DNA of 63,278 nucleotides, filler included, from Actinomycetota bacterium (GCA_009886115.1; 4 parts of 4 records of this genome joined end to end with filler, not necessarily neighbours in it); one strand, 5' to 3'; positions 31,783-44,817 are shown, counted from the whole stretch's first letter. Numbers and translations: made by a program. Notes: generated from the letters alone by a model not told the origin.

Positions 31783-34061
31783 CTGAAGGTAACCGAACAC
31801 GAATCGCCGTGGTCGGCCTCGTCGTGCTGGCTCTGTTCGGCGCGTTGCTGGCCCGACTGTGGTTCCTCACCGTCGCCGGGCACGAGACCTACGTCGCCCA
31901 GGCCCAGCAGAACGGCGTTCGGGTCGCGTTCACCCAACCCCAACGCGGGATCATCTGGGACCGCGACGGCAAGCCCCTCGTGCGCAACACCACGACCTTC
32001 CGGGCGACCGTCAGCCGGGGCATCACCGCCGAGCAACGCCACCAGGTGCTCGTGCGCCTGTCGGATGTGATCGGGGTCCCGAAGTCCGACCTCGAGCGGC
32101 GCATGAACTCGGCCGACAACTCGCCGTTGCTCGCCGCCCCCGTGTGGGACGAGGTTCCCGAGACGGCCGTCACCTACATCGCCGAGCACGCCGAGGAGTT
32201 CCCGGGCGTGGAGGTGGCTCCGTTCTCGACCCGGGTCTATCCCTACGGCAGCGCCGCCGCGCACGTGCTGGGCTACGTGGGGTCGATGAACGACAAGGAG
32301 TACGAGACCCACGGCGCAGGCGACGAGCCCGACTATCAACTCGGCGACGACATCGGCAAGGACGGCGTCGAGTCGTTCTACGACGCCGAGCTCCGGGGCA
32401 GCCATGGGGTCGAGAGTTTGCGGGTCGACGCCGCCGGACGGGTGCTCGACACGCTGGGCAGCCAGCCGGCCGTTCCGGGCAACAATCTCGAGCTCACGAT
32501 CGACCTCGACCTCCAGCGTTTCGCCGAGCAGACGCTGGCCGACGGGCTGGCGTTGCAGCGGTTGCAGCCCGTGCTCGACCGAAAGACCGACGAGCCGCTG
32601 GGCCACAACTTCCTCGCTCCAGCCGGCGCCGTCGTCGTGATGGACGTCGACACCGGGGCGATCCTGGCCACGGCGTCGAACCCCACCTACCAGCCCGAGG
32701 CGTTCATCGGCGGCATCCCGGCCGACGTGTACCAGCAGCTCAACGACAAGGCCACGTACTTCCCGCTGCTCAACCGGGTGACCCAGGGCCTGTACGCCCC
32801 GGGCTCCACGTTCAAGGCGGTGACGGCGTTCGCGATCTCGGATGCCGGCGTGCTGGCCTACCCGTGGGAGGAGATCCTCGACGACAAGGGATTCCGGAAG
32901 TTCGGGCTCGAGGGCCAGCAGACCACCTACAGGAACTTCGAGAGCATCCCCGGCGGCCAGGTGCAGCTGGCCCGGGCCCTGCAGATCTCGAACGACGTGT
33001 ACTTCTACGACATGGCCTGGCGCATCGTGCAGCTCCCCAAGGATCTGAACGACACGGTGGTGCTCGATGACATGGCCATCCAGCAGACGGCCCGACGCCT
33101 CGGCTTCGACGAGCCCACCGGCATCGACCTCGCCGGTGAGCGCGGCGGTCGGGTGCCCGATCGCGAGTGGCTGGAACAGGTGAACAAGAAGGACCCTGTC
33201 GCCTTCCCGTACAACATCTGGCTGGGCGGCTACACCATCACCCTGTCGGTGGGTCAGGGCGACCTGCTTGCCACCCCGCTGCAGTTGGCCACGGCCTACG
33301 CGGCGATCGGCAACGGCGGCTTCAAGGTCACGCCGCACGTCGTGCACCGCATCGTGAGCCCGCAGAACACCGTGGTGCGCGAGATCGCCCCGGTGCCGGT
33401 CGACGTCGGTCTCGATCCGGAGATCCGCGACATCGTCATGAAGGGCCTGTCGGATGCGGTGATGACCGACGACGGCACGGGCTTCAAGGCGTTCGAGGGC
33501 TTCGACCTCGGCCGTCTGCCCATCGCCGGCAAGACCGGCACCGCCGAGACCTGCACGGCCTGCGAGCCCCAGAACACGGCCGTGTTCACTGCGCTCGTGC
33601 CGGCCAACGACCCGAAGTACGTGGTGACGGTGTTCATCGAGAAAGGCGACACGGGCGGGAGCACGGCGGCGCCCATCGCCCGGGAGATCATCGAGTTCCT
33701 GTACTGCACGGGCGGCGCCGCAGCGATCAGGCAGCCCGACCCGCTGGGCCTCGACCAGCAGGTGACCATCGGCTGCCCGCCCCTGGTTGCCGTTCCCGCT
33801 GCGGCGCCCCCGGGCTCCGACATCCCGGCCTTCGAAGAGATCGAGCCGGGATCGACGAACGCCGGGGTCATCCCCGTCGACGGGACGGGAGCACTGGTGC
33901 CGGGGTTGCCGCCACCCGCATCGAACGCTCCGGGCACCGGGGTCACGACTCCCGACTCGACCGCCAGCCCGCGCCGGCGTCGCTCGCGTGGGCGCCGGCC
34001 GTCGCGAGATGCTCAGACCCGGCGAGCGGATGAGCCGTGCGCCGCGGGATGCGGCCCATGA
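31779..34061 (+). CDS. mrdA: Penicillin-binding protein 2
   Basis: RGIIWDRDG, RVYPYG, PGSTFK (SxxK), SND, GKTGTAE. Confidence 0.93.
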   Translation: MTEGNRTRIAVVGLVVLALFGALLARLWFLTVAGHETYVAQAQQNGVRVAFTQPQRGIIWDRDGKPLVRNTTTFRATVSRGITAEQRHQVLVRLSDVIGVPKSDLERRMNSADNSPLLAAPVWDEVPETAVTYIAEHAEEFPGVEVAPFSTRVYPYGSAAAHVLGYVGSMNDKEYETHGAGDEPDYQLGDDIGKDGVESFYDAELRGSHGVESLRVDAAGRVLDTLGSQPAVPGNNLELTIDLDLQRFAEQTLADGLALQRLQPVLDRKTDEPLGHNFLAPAGAVVVMDVDTGAILATASNPTYQPEAFIGGIPADVYQQLNDKATYFPLLNRVTQGLYAPGSTFKAVTAFAISDAGVLAYPWEEILDDKGFRKFGLEGQQTTYRNFESIPGGQVQLARALQISNDVYFYDMAWRIVQLPKDLNDTVVLDDMAIQQTARRLGFDEPTGIDLAGERGGRVPDREWLEQVNKKDPVAFPYNIWLGGYTITLSVGQGDLLATPLQLATAYAAIGNGGFKVTPHVVHRIVSPQNTVVREIAPVPVDVGLDPEIRDIVMKGLSDAVMTDDGTGFKAFEGFDLGRLPIAGKTGTAETCTACEPQNTAVFTALVPANDPKYVVTVFIEKGDTGGSTAAPIAREIIEFLYCTGGAAAIRQPDPLGLDQQVTIGCPPLVAVPAAAPPGSDIPAFEEIEPGSTNAGVIPVDGTGALVPGLPPPASNAPGTGVTTPDSTASPRRRRSRGRRPSRDAQTRRADEPCAAGCGP

Positions 34062-35302
34062 GTGGCGTGGCCGTCCAGCGACGGCATCGCATCCAGCTCC
34101 CGCAGCCCAAGAAGATCGGGCCCAGCCAGAACCCGGCGGTGCACCTCGACCCGTTCCTGTTGCTGATCCCGCCGGTCATCGCGATCTTCGGCGTGATCAT
34201 GGTGTACTCGTCGTCGAAGAGCCGCCTGACCAGCCAGGGTGTCGATCCGCAGTTCTACCTGAAGCGCCAGGCGATCTTCCTCGTGGTCGGCGTGATCTTG
34301 ATGGTCGTCATGACGCTCGTCGATTACCGGGTGTTGCGCGACCGTCCGGCGCTCCTCTACGGCATCGTGCTGCTGGGCCTGGGTCTCGTGCTCACGCCTC
34401 TCGGCGCCCAAAAACGCGGGATCCAGGCCTGGTACGAGATCGGATCGTTCCAGCTCCAGCCCTCGGAGTTCGCCAAGCTCGGGCTGGTGCTGGTGCTGGC
34501 CGCCTACTGCCACGAGCACAAGGGCCATCTCGACGCCTGGCGGCTGGGCGTCACCTTCGTGCTGGCCGCCACGCCGATCTTCATCCTGTACCTCCAGCCC
34601 GACCTCGGGACCTCGATCGTGCTCACGGTCATGGTGTTCTTGCTGCTACTCGTGGCGGGGGCCAGCCCGAAGCACCTCTTCGTGATCGCGCTGCTGGGCA
34701 TCAGCTCGTTCTTCGTGATCGTCAAGGCCGACCTGCTCGCCGACTATCAGGTCGCTCGGCTCACGACCTTCGTCGACCAGGGCCAGCCCAAGGACGCCCA
34801 GGCCAAGGCCGCGGCCTACAACCTCGAGCAGTCGAAGATCGCCATCGGCGCCGGAGGAATCGACGGCGTCGGCTACGGCAACGGCAGCCAGACGAACCTG
34901 TCGCTCGTCCCCGAACAGCACACCGACTTCATCTTCACCGCGGTCGCCGAGCAGTTCGGGTTCCGCGGCGGCGCTGTGCTGCTCGGCCTGTACACCGTCT
35001 TGTGCTTTCGGCTCTGGCGCGCGGCACGAGTCGCAGCCGACCTGTTCGGCGCCCTCATCTGCGTGGGCGTGATGGCCATGATCGCCTTCCAGGTCTTCCA
35101 GAACGTGGGGATGACCATGGGGATCATGCCGATCACCGGGATCCCCCTCCCCTGGATGAGCTACGGCGGATCGTCGGTGATCGTCTCGTTCGCCTCGATC
35201 GGCATCGTCGTCAACATCGCGTCGAGGCGCTTCGCCCAGGCCGGCGGTACCACCCGCGCCCCGGGGCCCAGCCGCCAACCCCGCGGCTCGCCCGCTCGCT
35301 GA
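34058..35302 (+). CDS. rodA: SEDS peptidoglycan polymerase RodA
   Basis: QPSEFAK, LQPDLGT, PEQHTDFIF, GIPLPWMSYGGSS. Confidence 0.95.
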   Translation: MSGVAVQRRHRIQLPQPKKIGPSQNPAVHLDPFLLLIPPVIAIFGVIMVYSSSKSRLTSQGVDPQFYLKRQAIFLVVGVILMVVMTLVDYRVLRDRPALLYGIVLLGLGLVLTPLGAQKRGIQAWYEIGSFQLQPSEFAKLGLVLVLAAYCHEHKGHLDAWRLGVTFVLAATPIFILYLQPDLGTSIVLTVMVFLLLLVAGASPKHLFVIALLGISSFFVIVKADLLADYQVARLTTFVDQGQPKDAQAKAAAYNLEQSKIAIGAGGIDGVGYGNGSQTNLSLVPEQHTDFIFTAVAEQFGFRGGAVLLGLYTVLCFRLWRAARVAADLFGALICVGVMAMIAFQVFQNVGMTMGIMPITGIPLPWMSYGGSSVIVSFASIGIVVNIASRRFAQAGGTTRAPGPSRQPRGSPAR

Positions 35303-35343
35303 GCCACGACTCCCTGACGTGCCGTGGGCGCCGACCCAGGGCC

Positions 35344-35388
35344 TTTCTTCGCGATTTCGCACACCCCTGGTGCGAAATCGCGAAGAAA
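35344..35388. repeat. Perfect 19-bp inverted repeat (REP-like hairpin or terminator)
   Basis: TTTCTTCGCGATTTCGCAC-N7-GTGCGAAATCGCGAAGAAA. Confidence 0.85.
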
Positions 35389-35522
35389 CCGAGCGGGCCT
35401 CCGATCCGAGGTGGGCACGCAAGCCGGTGGTGGTCCCACGGCCTCCAGGGCCCAACGCCCGGTCGCGGCGCCGGGGCACAGAGTGCCGAGGCGGGCGGGT
35501 ACGCCGGTACACTGTGCGCACT

Positions 35523-37526
35523 GTGAATGAATCGCTCTGGCCGCGGATCGAGCCCTTGCTGTCCAGGGTCGAGAAGCCCGCCCGCTACATCGGGATGGAG
35601 CGGGGCGCCCAGCAGCCGGTGCACCGTCCGGGTGTCGTGTCCTGGTTGCTCGTGTATCCCGATGCGTACGAGGTCGGGCTTCCCAACCAGGGGCTGCAGA
35701 TCCTCTACGAGATCCTCAACGAGCGCGACGACGCCCTGGCCGAGCGGGCCTACTCGGTGTGGCCCGACCTCGAAGCGCTCATGCGCCCGCGGGGCATCCC
35801 GCTGTTCAGCCTCGAGAACCACCTGCCGGCTGGCGACTTCGACGTGCTGGCCTTCAACGTCTCGGCCGAGTTGGTGTGCACCAACCTGCTGAACACGATC
35901 GATCTGGCGGGGGCGCCCGTCCGCAGCGCCGACCGTCGCCCCGAGCACCCGGTCGTGATCGCCGGCGGGCACTGCACGTTCAACCCCGAGCCCCTGGCCG
36001 ACTTCGTGGACGCGTTCGTGATCGGCGACGGCGAGGAGGTGGTCTCCGAGATCACCGAGGTGCTCGGCGCTTGGAAGCGGGCCGGCAAGCCCACCCGCGA
36101 GGGGCTGCTGCGCGAGCTGGCCACGATCGAGGGCGTCTACGTGCCCTCGATGTACGAGATCGAGTACGACGGTCCGGTCGTGGCGTCGATCGCGCCGCGG
36201 TATCCCGACATCCCGGCCGTGGTGCACAAGCGCACCGTGGCCGACCTTGCCGACTGGCCGTACCCCAAGCGCCAGCTCGTGCCCCTCATCGAGGTGGTCC
36301 ACGACCGCTTGAACGTCGAGATCTTCCGCGGGTGCACCCGGGGATGCCGGTTCTGCCAGGCGGGCATGATCACCCGCCCGGTGCGAGAGCGTCCGGCCGA
36401 TCAGGTGCGGACCATGGTGCGCGAGGGTCTGCGGCGGACGGGCTACGACGAGGTGGCGCTCACGTCCTTGTCGAGCGCCGACTTCTCGGGCCTCGACGGC
36501 GTGGTCGCCGATCTCGTCAACGAGCAGGAGGGCTGCGGCAACGTCGCGCTCTCGTTGCCGTCGCTGCGGGTCGACGCGTTCAGCGTCGGTGTCGCCAGCC
36601 AGATCCAGAAGATCAGGCGCACCGGTCTCACGTTCGCTCCCGAGGCCGGTACCTGGCGGATGCGCCAGGTCATCAACAAGCTCATCAGCGAGGAAGACAT
36701 CTTCGCGGCCGCCGACTCGGCCTACTCGCAGGGTTGGCGGCGGATCAAGCTGTACTTCCTGATCGGGCTGCCCACCGAGATGGACGTCGACACGCTGGGC
36801 ATCGCCGAGCTGGCCAAGGCCGTCGTCGAGGTGGGGCGGCGTCACACCAAGCAGGCGACGGCCACCGTCTCGGTCGGCGGGTTCGTGCCCAAGGCCCAGA
36901 CGCCGTTCCAGTGGTTCGGCCAGAACGGTGTCGACGAGCTGCAACGCAAGGTCGACATGCTCAAGGGCGCGCTGCGGGGCTCGAAGGCCCAGATGCGTTG
37001 GCACGATCCCAAGGCCACCTTCGTCGAGGGCGTGCTCTCGCGGGGTGATCGGCGTGTCGGCGCGGTCATCGAGCACGTGTGGCGCAGCGGTGGCGTGTTC
37101 CAGGAGTGGAGCGAGCACTTCGCCTACGACCTGTGGATGGAAGGGCTGGCGGTCAGCGGCCTCGATCCCGAGTGGTTCACCACGAGGCATCGCACCGAGA
37201 ACGAGGTCCTTCCGTGGGACCACATCTCCGCTGGTCTGCACCGCGACTTCCTCTGGCTCGACTGGAAGGCGGCGCTGGCCGAGCACGGTCTGCCCGATTG
37301 CCGGTGGACGCCCTGCTACGACTGCGGCGTGTGCACCGACTACGCGCTCGAGCACGTCGTGGCCTCGGCGGTTCCCCCGGCTGGCGGATCGCAGGGCACG
37401 GGTCAGGATCTGAGTCGCGGTGGTGAGATCCCGGTGCGCTTCCTGGCGACCAAGCCGGTGTCGAGCGTGCCGGTGTCGGCATCGGTCGTGTCGGCTTCGG
37501 TCGTGTCCGAGAGCTCGGCCACCTGA
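35523..37526 (+). CDS. TIGR03960-like radical SAM protein
   Basis: VEKPARYIG.E, YPDAYEVGLPNQG, RGCTRGCRFC, FVPKAQTPFQW, C-terminal CxxCGVC. Confidence 0.9.
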   Translation: MNESLWPRIEPLLSRVEKPARYIGMERGAQQPVHRPGVVSWLLVYPDAYEVGLPNQGLQILYEILNERDDALAERAYSVWPDLEALMRPRGIPLFSLENHLPAGDFDVLAFNVSAELVCTNLLNTIDLAGAPVRSADRRPEHPVVIAGGHCTFNPEPLADFVDAFVIGDGEEVVSEITEVLGAWKRAGKPTREGLLRELATIEGVYVPSMYEIEYDGPVVASIAPRYPDIPAVVHKRTVADLADWPYPKRQLVPLIEVVHDRLNVEIFRGCTRGCRFCQAGMITRPVRERPADQVRTMVREGLRRTGYDEVALTSLSSADFSGLDGVVADLVNEQEGCGNVALSLPSLRVDAFSVGVASQIQKIRRTGLTFAPEAGTWRMRQVINKLISEEDIFAAADSAYSQGWRRIKLYFLIGLPTEMDVDTLGIAELAKAVVEVGRRHTKQATATVSVGGFVPKAQTPFQWFGQNGVDELQRKVDMLKGALRGSKAQMRWHDPKATFVEGVLSRGDRRVGAVIEHVWRSGGVFQEWSEHFAYDLWMEGLAVSGLDPEWFTTRHRTENEVLPWDHISAGLHRDFLWLDWKAALAEHGLPDCRWTPCYDCGVCTDYALEHVVASAVPPAGGSQGTGQDLSRGGEIPVRFLATKPVSSVPVSASVVSASVVSESSAT

Positions 37527-37527
37527 G

Positions 37528-38352
37528 ATGCGGGGCGATGTCGGCACCGCGGTGAGGGTGTCCTACTCGAAGCTGGGCAAGATCCGCTTCGTGTCGCACC
37601 GCGATGTCGCCCGGGCTTTCGAGCGGGCGTTTCGTGTGGCGCAGCTTCCGGTGTCGTTCTCGGAGGGCTTCAGCCCGCATCCGAAGGTCAGCTTCGGACT
37701 GGCGCTGTCGACCGGGTACGAGAGCCGGGCCGAGTACCTCGATGTGGAGCTCGCCATCGGTGAGCCGTCCGACGAGGCTCTGGCGGTGTTGATCGGCTCG
37801 GTCGCCGACGCCTTGCCCGACGGGCTGGCCGTCACGGGCGCCGCGGTGCTCGAGCCGCGCACGCCGTCGCTGCAGGAGGCGGTCGAGGCCGTCGAGTACG
37901 AGGTCGAGGCCCGGAGCGTCGACGACACGGTCAGGGTCGATGCCGGCGTCGTCGGCGAAGCCCTGGAAGCATTGCTCGGAGCGGAGTCGCTCATGGGCGT
38001 CAGGCGACGCAAGGGCCGGGATGTCGTCGACGACCTGCGGCCAGCGCTGCGCCGATTGAGCGTGGTCGGCGACACTCCCTTGGGAGTGCTCGTCCACCTC
38101 GAAGTCATCACCCGTCCCCGGGGCGCCCGTCCCCGGGAGGTCCTGGCGCTCATCGAGGACGGCTCCGGCCGGGGCCTCGTCGAGGGCCGGGTTGTCCGAA
38201 CCCATCAATGGATCGAGCGTGATGGCGCCCGATGGGAACCGCTCGACGAGTCCGGCGCGCGCCGGCTAGGCCTCAGGTCAGTGGGCCAGGCGCGCCGCAC
38301 CGTCGCGGATCCCTGGGCGCCGACGGCCTCCGTGGAGGCCCGCGCGTCATGA
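37528..38352 (+). CDS. TIGR03936-like radical SAM-linked protein (DUF2344)
   Basis: YSKLGKIRFVSHRD, FSEGFSPHPKVSFG.AL..GYESRAEY. Confidence 0.88.
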   Translation: MRGDVGTAVRVSYSKLGKIRFVSHRDVARAFERAFRVAQLPVSFSEGFSPHPKVSFGLALSTGYESRAEYLDVELAIGEPSDEALAVLIGSVADALPDGLAVTGAAVLEPRTPSLQEAVEAVEYEVEARSVDDTVRVDAGVVGEALEALLGAESLMGVRRRKGRDVVDDLRPALRRLSVVGDTPLGVLVHLEVITRPRGARPREVLALIEDGSGRGLVEGRVVRTHQWIERDGARWEPLDESGARRLGLRSVGQARRTVADPWAPTASVEARAS

Positions 38353-38364
38353 GAGAAGGCACCG

Positions 38365-40608
<2,244 letters not shown>

Positions 40609-40641
40609 GGTGCGATCGGAGCGGGCCCGATCCTCAAGTCG

Positions 40642-43600
40642 ATGTTCGAGGTGTCCGAAAACCTCGGTGTGAGCTCTCCGACCGACACGCACCGCCGGGA
40701 GTTCCCCGCGACTCCTGGACAGGTTCGGTTCTGGCTGCTCGAGCGGATGCAGCCGGGGAGCCTGTCGGCGAGAGTGATGTTCAACCGCATGTGGGTCGGG
40801 CCGCTCGACCTCGACGCGCTTCGAGCCGCGTGGTTCGACGTGGTGCTGCGCCACGAGCCCCTGCGCACGACCTTCGCCGAGACCGGGACCGGTGTCGTGC
40901 AGGTCGTGCATGGACCGCAGATCGCTCCCTTCGACGTCGACCGGGCGCCGTCCGACGAGGCCGAGGTCGACGGCGCGATCCGCGCCTGGCTCGGTGAGCT
41001 CCGAACCCGGCCCTTCGATCTCGAGCGGGGACCACTCGCTCGGCTCCAGGTGCTGGTGCTCGGGCCGAGGTGTCAGCTACTGGCAGTCGACATGCACCAT
41101 GGCGTCTTCGACGCCTTCTCGGCCGCGGTCCTCGTTCGCGACCTGATGGCCTCGTACGAAGCGCGCTTGACGGGACGACCGGCCGAGCTCCCCGAGATCA
41201 CCGAGAGCTATGGCGCGCGGGCGCGCAGGCAGCAGCACGACGTGCTGGGCGCAGGCATCGTCGCCGAGGCCCTGGCGCGCATCAGCGACACCCCGTGGAC
41301 GATCGAGCTCCCGGCCGATCGCCGCCGTCCCCTGGTCGAAGACCCTGCATCGGTGACATCCCAGCGGGCGCTCGCCCGCAGCCTGACCGATGTGCTGACC
41401 GACTTCACGCGTCGGATCGGGGTGCGGCGCTCGGTGCCGTACCTGGCGGCCACGGCCGTGCTCGTTCAACGCTGGACCGGCGAAGACGTCTTCCTGATCG
41501 GGCTCCCGGTGAGCGGCCGAGATGATCCAGGCGCGCAGGAGCTGGTGGGGTACTTCGTCAACACGGCCGTCGTCAGGCTCGACCTGACCGGCGCCCCGAG
41601 CACCCTCGAGTTGCTGACCCGGGTCGATGCGGCGATCGACGCCGCCCTGTCGCAGCGCTCGGTGCCGATCGACGAGCTGGTGTCAGCAGCCAGGGTTCCG
41701 CTCGATCGTGGCTCTCATCCGCTGTTCCAGATCATCTTCAACTTCACGACCATCCCCACGACCGTGATGCAGTCGGGAGGCATCGAGCTGCACCGCATCT
41801 GGGAGGCTCCGGGTCACGCCATCGGCGACCTCGACGTCGACATTCGACGGTACCCGGACGCGACCGAGGAGGCGAAGCTGCAGGTCACCGGGAAGGCCGC
41901 GCTCTTCGACCCGGCCACCGTCGACCGCTTCGCCGCCCAGTTCACCCACGTTCTGCGCCAGCTCGCCGACGACCACGACGGTCCGATCACGTCGTTGACG
42001 TTGATGGCGCCCGACGAGGAGCGGGAGGTGTTCGCACGTGGTCGCGGGCCGGCTCTCCCTGCCGAGCAGCGGGTCGACGTGTACGACCGGTTCGCTCGCG
42101 TGGCGACCGAACGCCCCGGGGTGCTGGCCCTGGTGGGACCCGACGATTCTCGGTGGTCGTACCGTGAGCTCGACGCGGCTGTCGGGCAGCGAGCCGAGGC
42201 CCTGAGGATGCTCGGGTCCGGGCCCGGCGCCCTCGTCGCCATCCAGGTCGACCAGCCGGTCGAAGCGGTGATCTCCATCCTGGCGGCCTGGAGGACCGGC
42301 GCCGGCTACGTTCCGCTCCCGATCGACTCCGAGGCCCGGGCTGCGCTGATCCTCGCCGAGACCCGTCCCGTGGCGGTCGTGGCCGGAGCGATCGTCACCG
42401 CCGGCGAGCTGCCGGGGCGTCGCCTGGAGCGATCAGACATCGCAGCGGTGATCTTCACGAGCGGCTCCACGGGCGCGCCCAAGGGCGTGTGCGTGACGCG
42501 GGCGAACCTGGCGGCCTCGACGGCGGCTCGTCGGGCGCTGTACGGCGACGACCCCCAGACGATGCTGTTGACCTACCCCCTGCTCTTCGACGCCGCGCTG
42601 TCGCCCCTGCTCTGGACGCTCACCACCGGCGGCACGCTCGTCGTGCCGGAGCTGGAACGTCGGGCCGATCCACGGCTGCTGAGCAAGCTCGTCGAGTCGC
42701 ACGGGGCGACGGCGCTCGACCTGTTGCCGGGTGTCTGGTCGGCGTTGCTCGAGCACGACAAGCCCGCTCGACTCTCGTCGTTGAAGATCGTCGTGGTGGG
42801 CGCCGAGACCTGCCCGCCAGCGCTGCTGGCCCGTCACTTCTCGCAGCTTCCGAGCTGTCGTCTCTTCAACGAGTACGGGCCGACCGAGGCCACGGTGTTC
42901 GCGACGGTCCACGAGTGCCGGCCCGACGATCAGCTCCGCCCGAGCGTTCCGATCGGCCGGGCGATCCCGGGGTACCGGATCTCGGTGCTCGACCGGGTCG
43001 GACGGCCCACGCCCGTTGGCGTCCCAGGCGAGCTCGTCATCGCCGGGCCCGGGGTGAGCGCCGGGTACCTCGATCGCCCCGAGCTCACGAGCGACCGCTT
43101 CGTGGCCGATGCCGATCGGTGTGCCGATCCAGGTGCCGATCGGGGTGGCGATCGGGGTGGCGAAACCGAGCACCGCGGTGGGGCGCCGACGGGGTCGGCC
43201 TCGATGGTGTACCGGACCGGCGACCGGGCTCGTCTGCTCGCCGATGACACGGTCGAGTTCCTCGGTCGGATCGATCGACAACTCAAGGTGTCGGGTCACC
43301 GGATCGAGCCCGGTGAGATCGAGGCCGTGCTGATCGAGCACCCCGGGGTGCGCGCAGCCGTCGTGGGGCTCGATCCCGCAGCCCAGCACGCCCGTCTCGT
43401 GGCCCACGTCGAAGGTCCGGCCGATCTCGAGCCTGACAGCCTGTCTGCCCATGCCCGAGCCCGGCTGCCCGCAGCCATGGTGCCGTCGACCATCGTCGTC
43501 CACGATCGACTGCCCCGCACCGCATCGGGCAAGGTCGACCCGGGAGTTCTCACGGCCGCGATCGCGATGTCGACCGAGGCCGAGCGGGCCGAACGGTCCG

Positions 43601-44574
43601 TCGAGTCCCTGGCCGCGACTCGACCGGTCACCAACACCGAACAGCGGCTCGCCCTGTTGTTCGCCGAGGTGCTGGGCCACCACGTGGGAGCGAACGACGA
43701 TTTCTTCTCGGCTGGCGGGAGCTCTATGGCGTCCCTGCGCCTGTTCGCGCTGATCGAACGCGATCTCGGGCTCGATCTTCCCCTGGCCACGCTCTTTCGT
43801 GCCCCGACGGTTTCGAGCCTGGCCGCCCTGATGGACGAGCTCGACGCCGGGGAGTGGCGACCACTCGTGCGGCTGAGCGGCCGGGGCGCCTCACCGGCGA
43901 CCCCGCCCGAGGGATCGGGGCCCGTCATCTTCGCCCACGGGCTCGGCGGCAACATCACCGGTTTCGCGAACCTGGCTCGCCGGCTCGGTCTCGACCACGT
44001 CTGCTACGCGATCCAGTCGGGCGGGCTCGACGGGCGGGGGATCCCGTACCGCTCGATCGACGAGATGGCCGATCGAGCCGTCGCCGAGATCGTCCGCACC
44101 GTCGCGCCGGGCCCGTGCGTGATCGCCGGATTGTCGTTCGGCGGGTTGGTCGCGTGCGAGATCGCGAACCGCCTGGTTGCAACCGGGCACCAGCCGCGAG
44201 TGGTGATGCTCGACGCGGCCGCTCCGGGGTTCCGGTCCCGGCCCCGCACGACTCGTGCTCGGTTCTCACGGCCTCTCAGGTATCTCCAGTTTCGTATCGA
44301 GCTCCGGGCGGGCCGGCGCATCCCCGTGATGCGGCGGCGCCACTACCTGTTCCTCGCCCACGACCGGCTCTTCGACCGGCATCCGCTCCGGGTCTACGAC
44401 CTTCCGATGACCCTGATGTGCACCGAGGCGTTGTCGGACGAGCACGTGCAGCGGTGGCGCTCACTCGCCTGGAACGGCCTCGACGTGAGAATCGTGCCCG
44501 GTGATCACGCCAGCTTCCTCGAGGAGCCGCTCGTGGCCGAGACGGCCCGGACCCTCGCCGAGATCATCGATTGA
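40642..44574 (+). CDS. Single-module NRPS, C-A-T-TE (copy 1)
   Basis: C: RHEPLRT, HHGVFDA, VGYFVNT; A: FTSGSTGAPKG, NEYGPTE, YRTGD, GRIDRQLKVSGHRIEPGEIE, SGKVD; T: FFSAGGSS; TE: GLSFGG, PGDH. Confidence 0.92.
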   Translation: MFEVSENLGVSSPTDTHRREFPATPGQVRFWLLERMQPGSLSARVMFNRMWVGPLDLDALRAAWFDVVLRHEPLRTTFAETGTGVVQVVHGPQIAPFDVDRAPSDEAEVDGAIRAWLGELRTRPFDLERGPLARLQVLVLGPRCQLLAVDMHHGVFDAFSAAVLVRDLMASYEARLTGRPAELPEITESYGARARRQQHDVLGAGIVAEALARISDTPWTIELPADRRRPLVEDPASVTSQRALARSLTDVLTDFTRRIGVRRSVPYLAATAVLVQRWTGEDVFLIGLPVSGRDDPGAQELVGYFVNTAVVRLDLTGAPSTLELLTRVDAAIDAALSQRSVPIDELVSAARVPLDRGSHPLFQIIFNFTTIPTTVMQSGGIELHRIWEAPGHAIGDLDVDIRRYPDATEEAKLQVTGKAALFDPATVDRFAAQFTHVLRQLADDHDGPITSLTLMAPDEEREVFARGRGPALPAEQRVDVYDRFARVATERPGVLALVGPDDSRWSYRELDAAVGQRAEALRMLGSGPGALVAIQVDQPVEAVISILAAWRTGAGYVPLPIDSEARAALILAETRPVAVVAGAIVTAGELPGRRLERSDIAAVIFTSGSTGAPKGVCVTRANLAASTAARRALYGDDPQTMLLTYPLLFDAALSPLLWTLTTGGTLVVPELERRADPRLLSKLVESHGATALDLLPGVWSALLEHDKPARLSSLKIVVVGAETCPPALLARHFSQLPSCRLFNEYGPTEATVFATVHECRPDDQLRPSVPIGRAIPGYRISVLDRVGRPTPVGVPGELVIAGPGVSAGYLDRPELTSDRFVADADRCADPGADRGGDRGGETEHRGGAPTGSASMVYRTGDRARLLADDTVEFLGRIDRQLKVSGHRIEPGEIEAVLIEHPGVRAAVVGLDPAAQHARLVAHVEGPADLEPDSLSAHARARLPAAMVPSTIVVHDRLPRTASGKVDPGVLTAAIAMSTEAERAERSVESLAATRPVTNTEQRLALLFAEVLGHHVGANDDFFSAGGSSMASLRLFALIERDLGLDLPLATLFRAPTVSSLAALMDELDAGEWRPLVRLSGRGASPATPPEGSGPVIFAHGLGGNITGFANLARRLGLDHVCYAIQSGGLDGRGIPYRSIDEMADRAVAEIVRTVAPGPCVIAGLSFGGLVACEIANRLVATGHQPRVVMLDAAAPGFRSRPRTTRARFSRPLRYLQFRIELRAGRRIPVMRRRHYLFLAHDRLFDRHPLRVYDLPMTLMCTEALSDEHVQRWRSLAWNGLDVRIVPGDHASFLEEPLVAETARTLAEIID

Positions 44575-44635
44575 GGCCCGCGCCGGCGCCCCTCAGCACC
44601 GACCGAGAGCGCTGAACCTGCGTCGATGACCTGCT

Positions 44636-44679
44636 CCGGAACTCGGCCTGAACTCAGCCTGAACTCAGCCGGAACTCAG
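44636..44679 (+). repeat. Four 11-bp direct repeats CC(G/T)GAACTC(A/G)G between the NRPS genes
   Basis: CCGGAACTCGG CCTGAACTCAG CCTGAACTCAG CCGGAACTCAG. Confidence 0.85.
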
Positions 44680-44817
44680 CCGAAGCTCTCTCGAACACCG
44701 GGTCACGCTCGACGTGGTCACGTACCGAATTCAAACGGGGAACACGCTCGGCCGACTCTGTCCCAATCGCCATCCTGGGCGCTCAAGTCGGAGAACTCAG
44801 ACTCCGACAGAACACCG

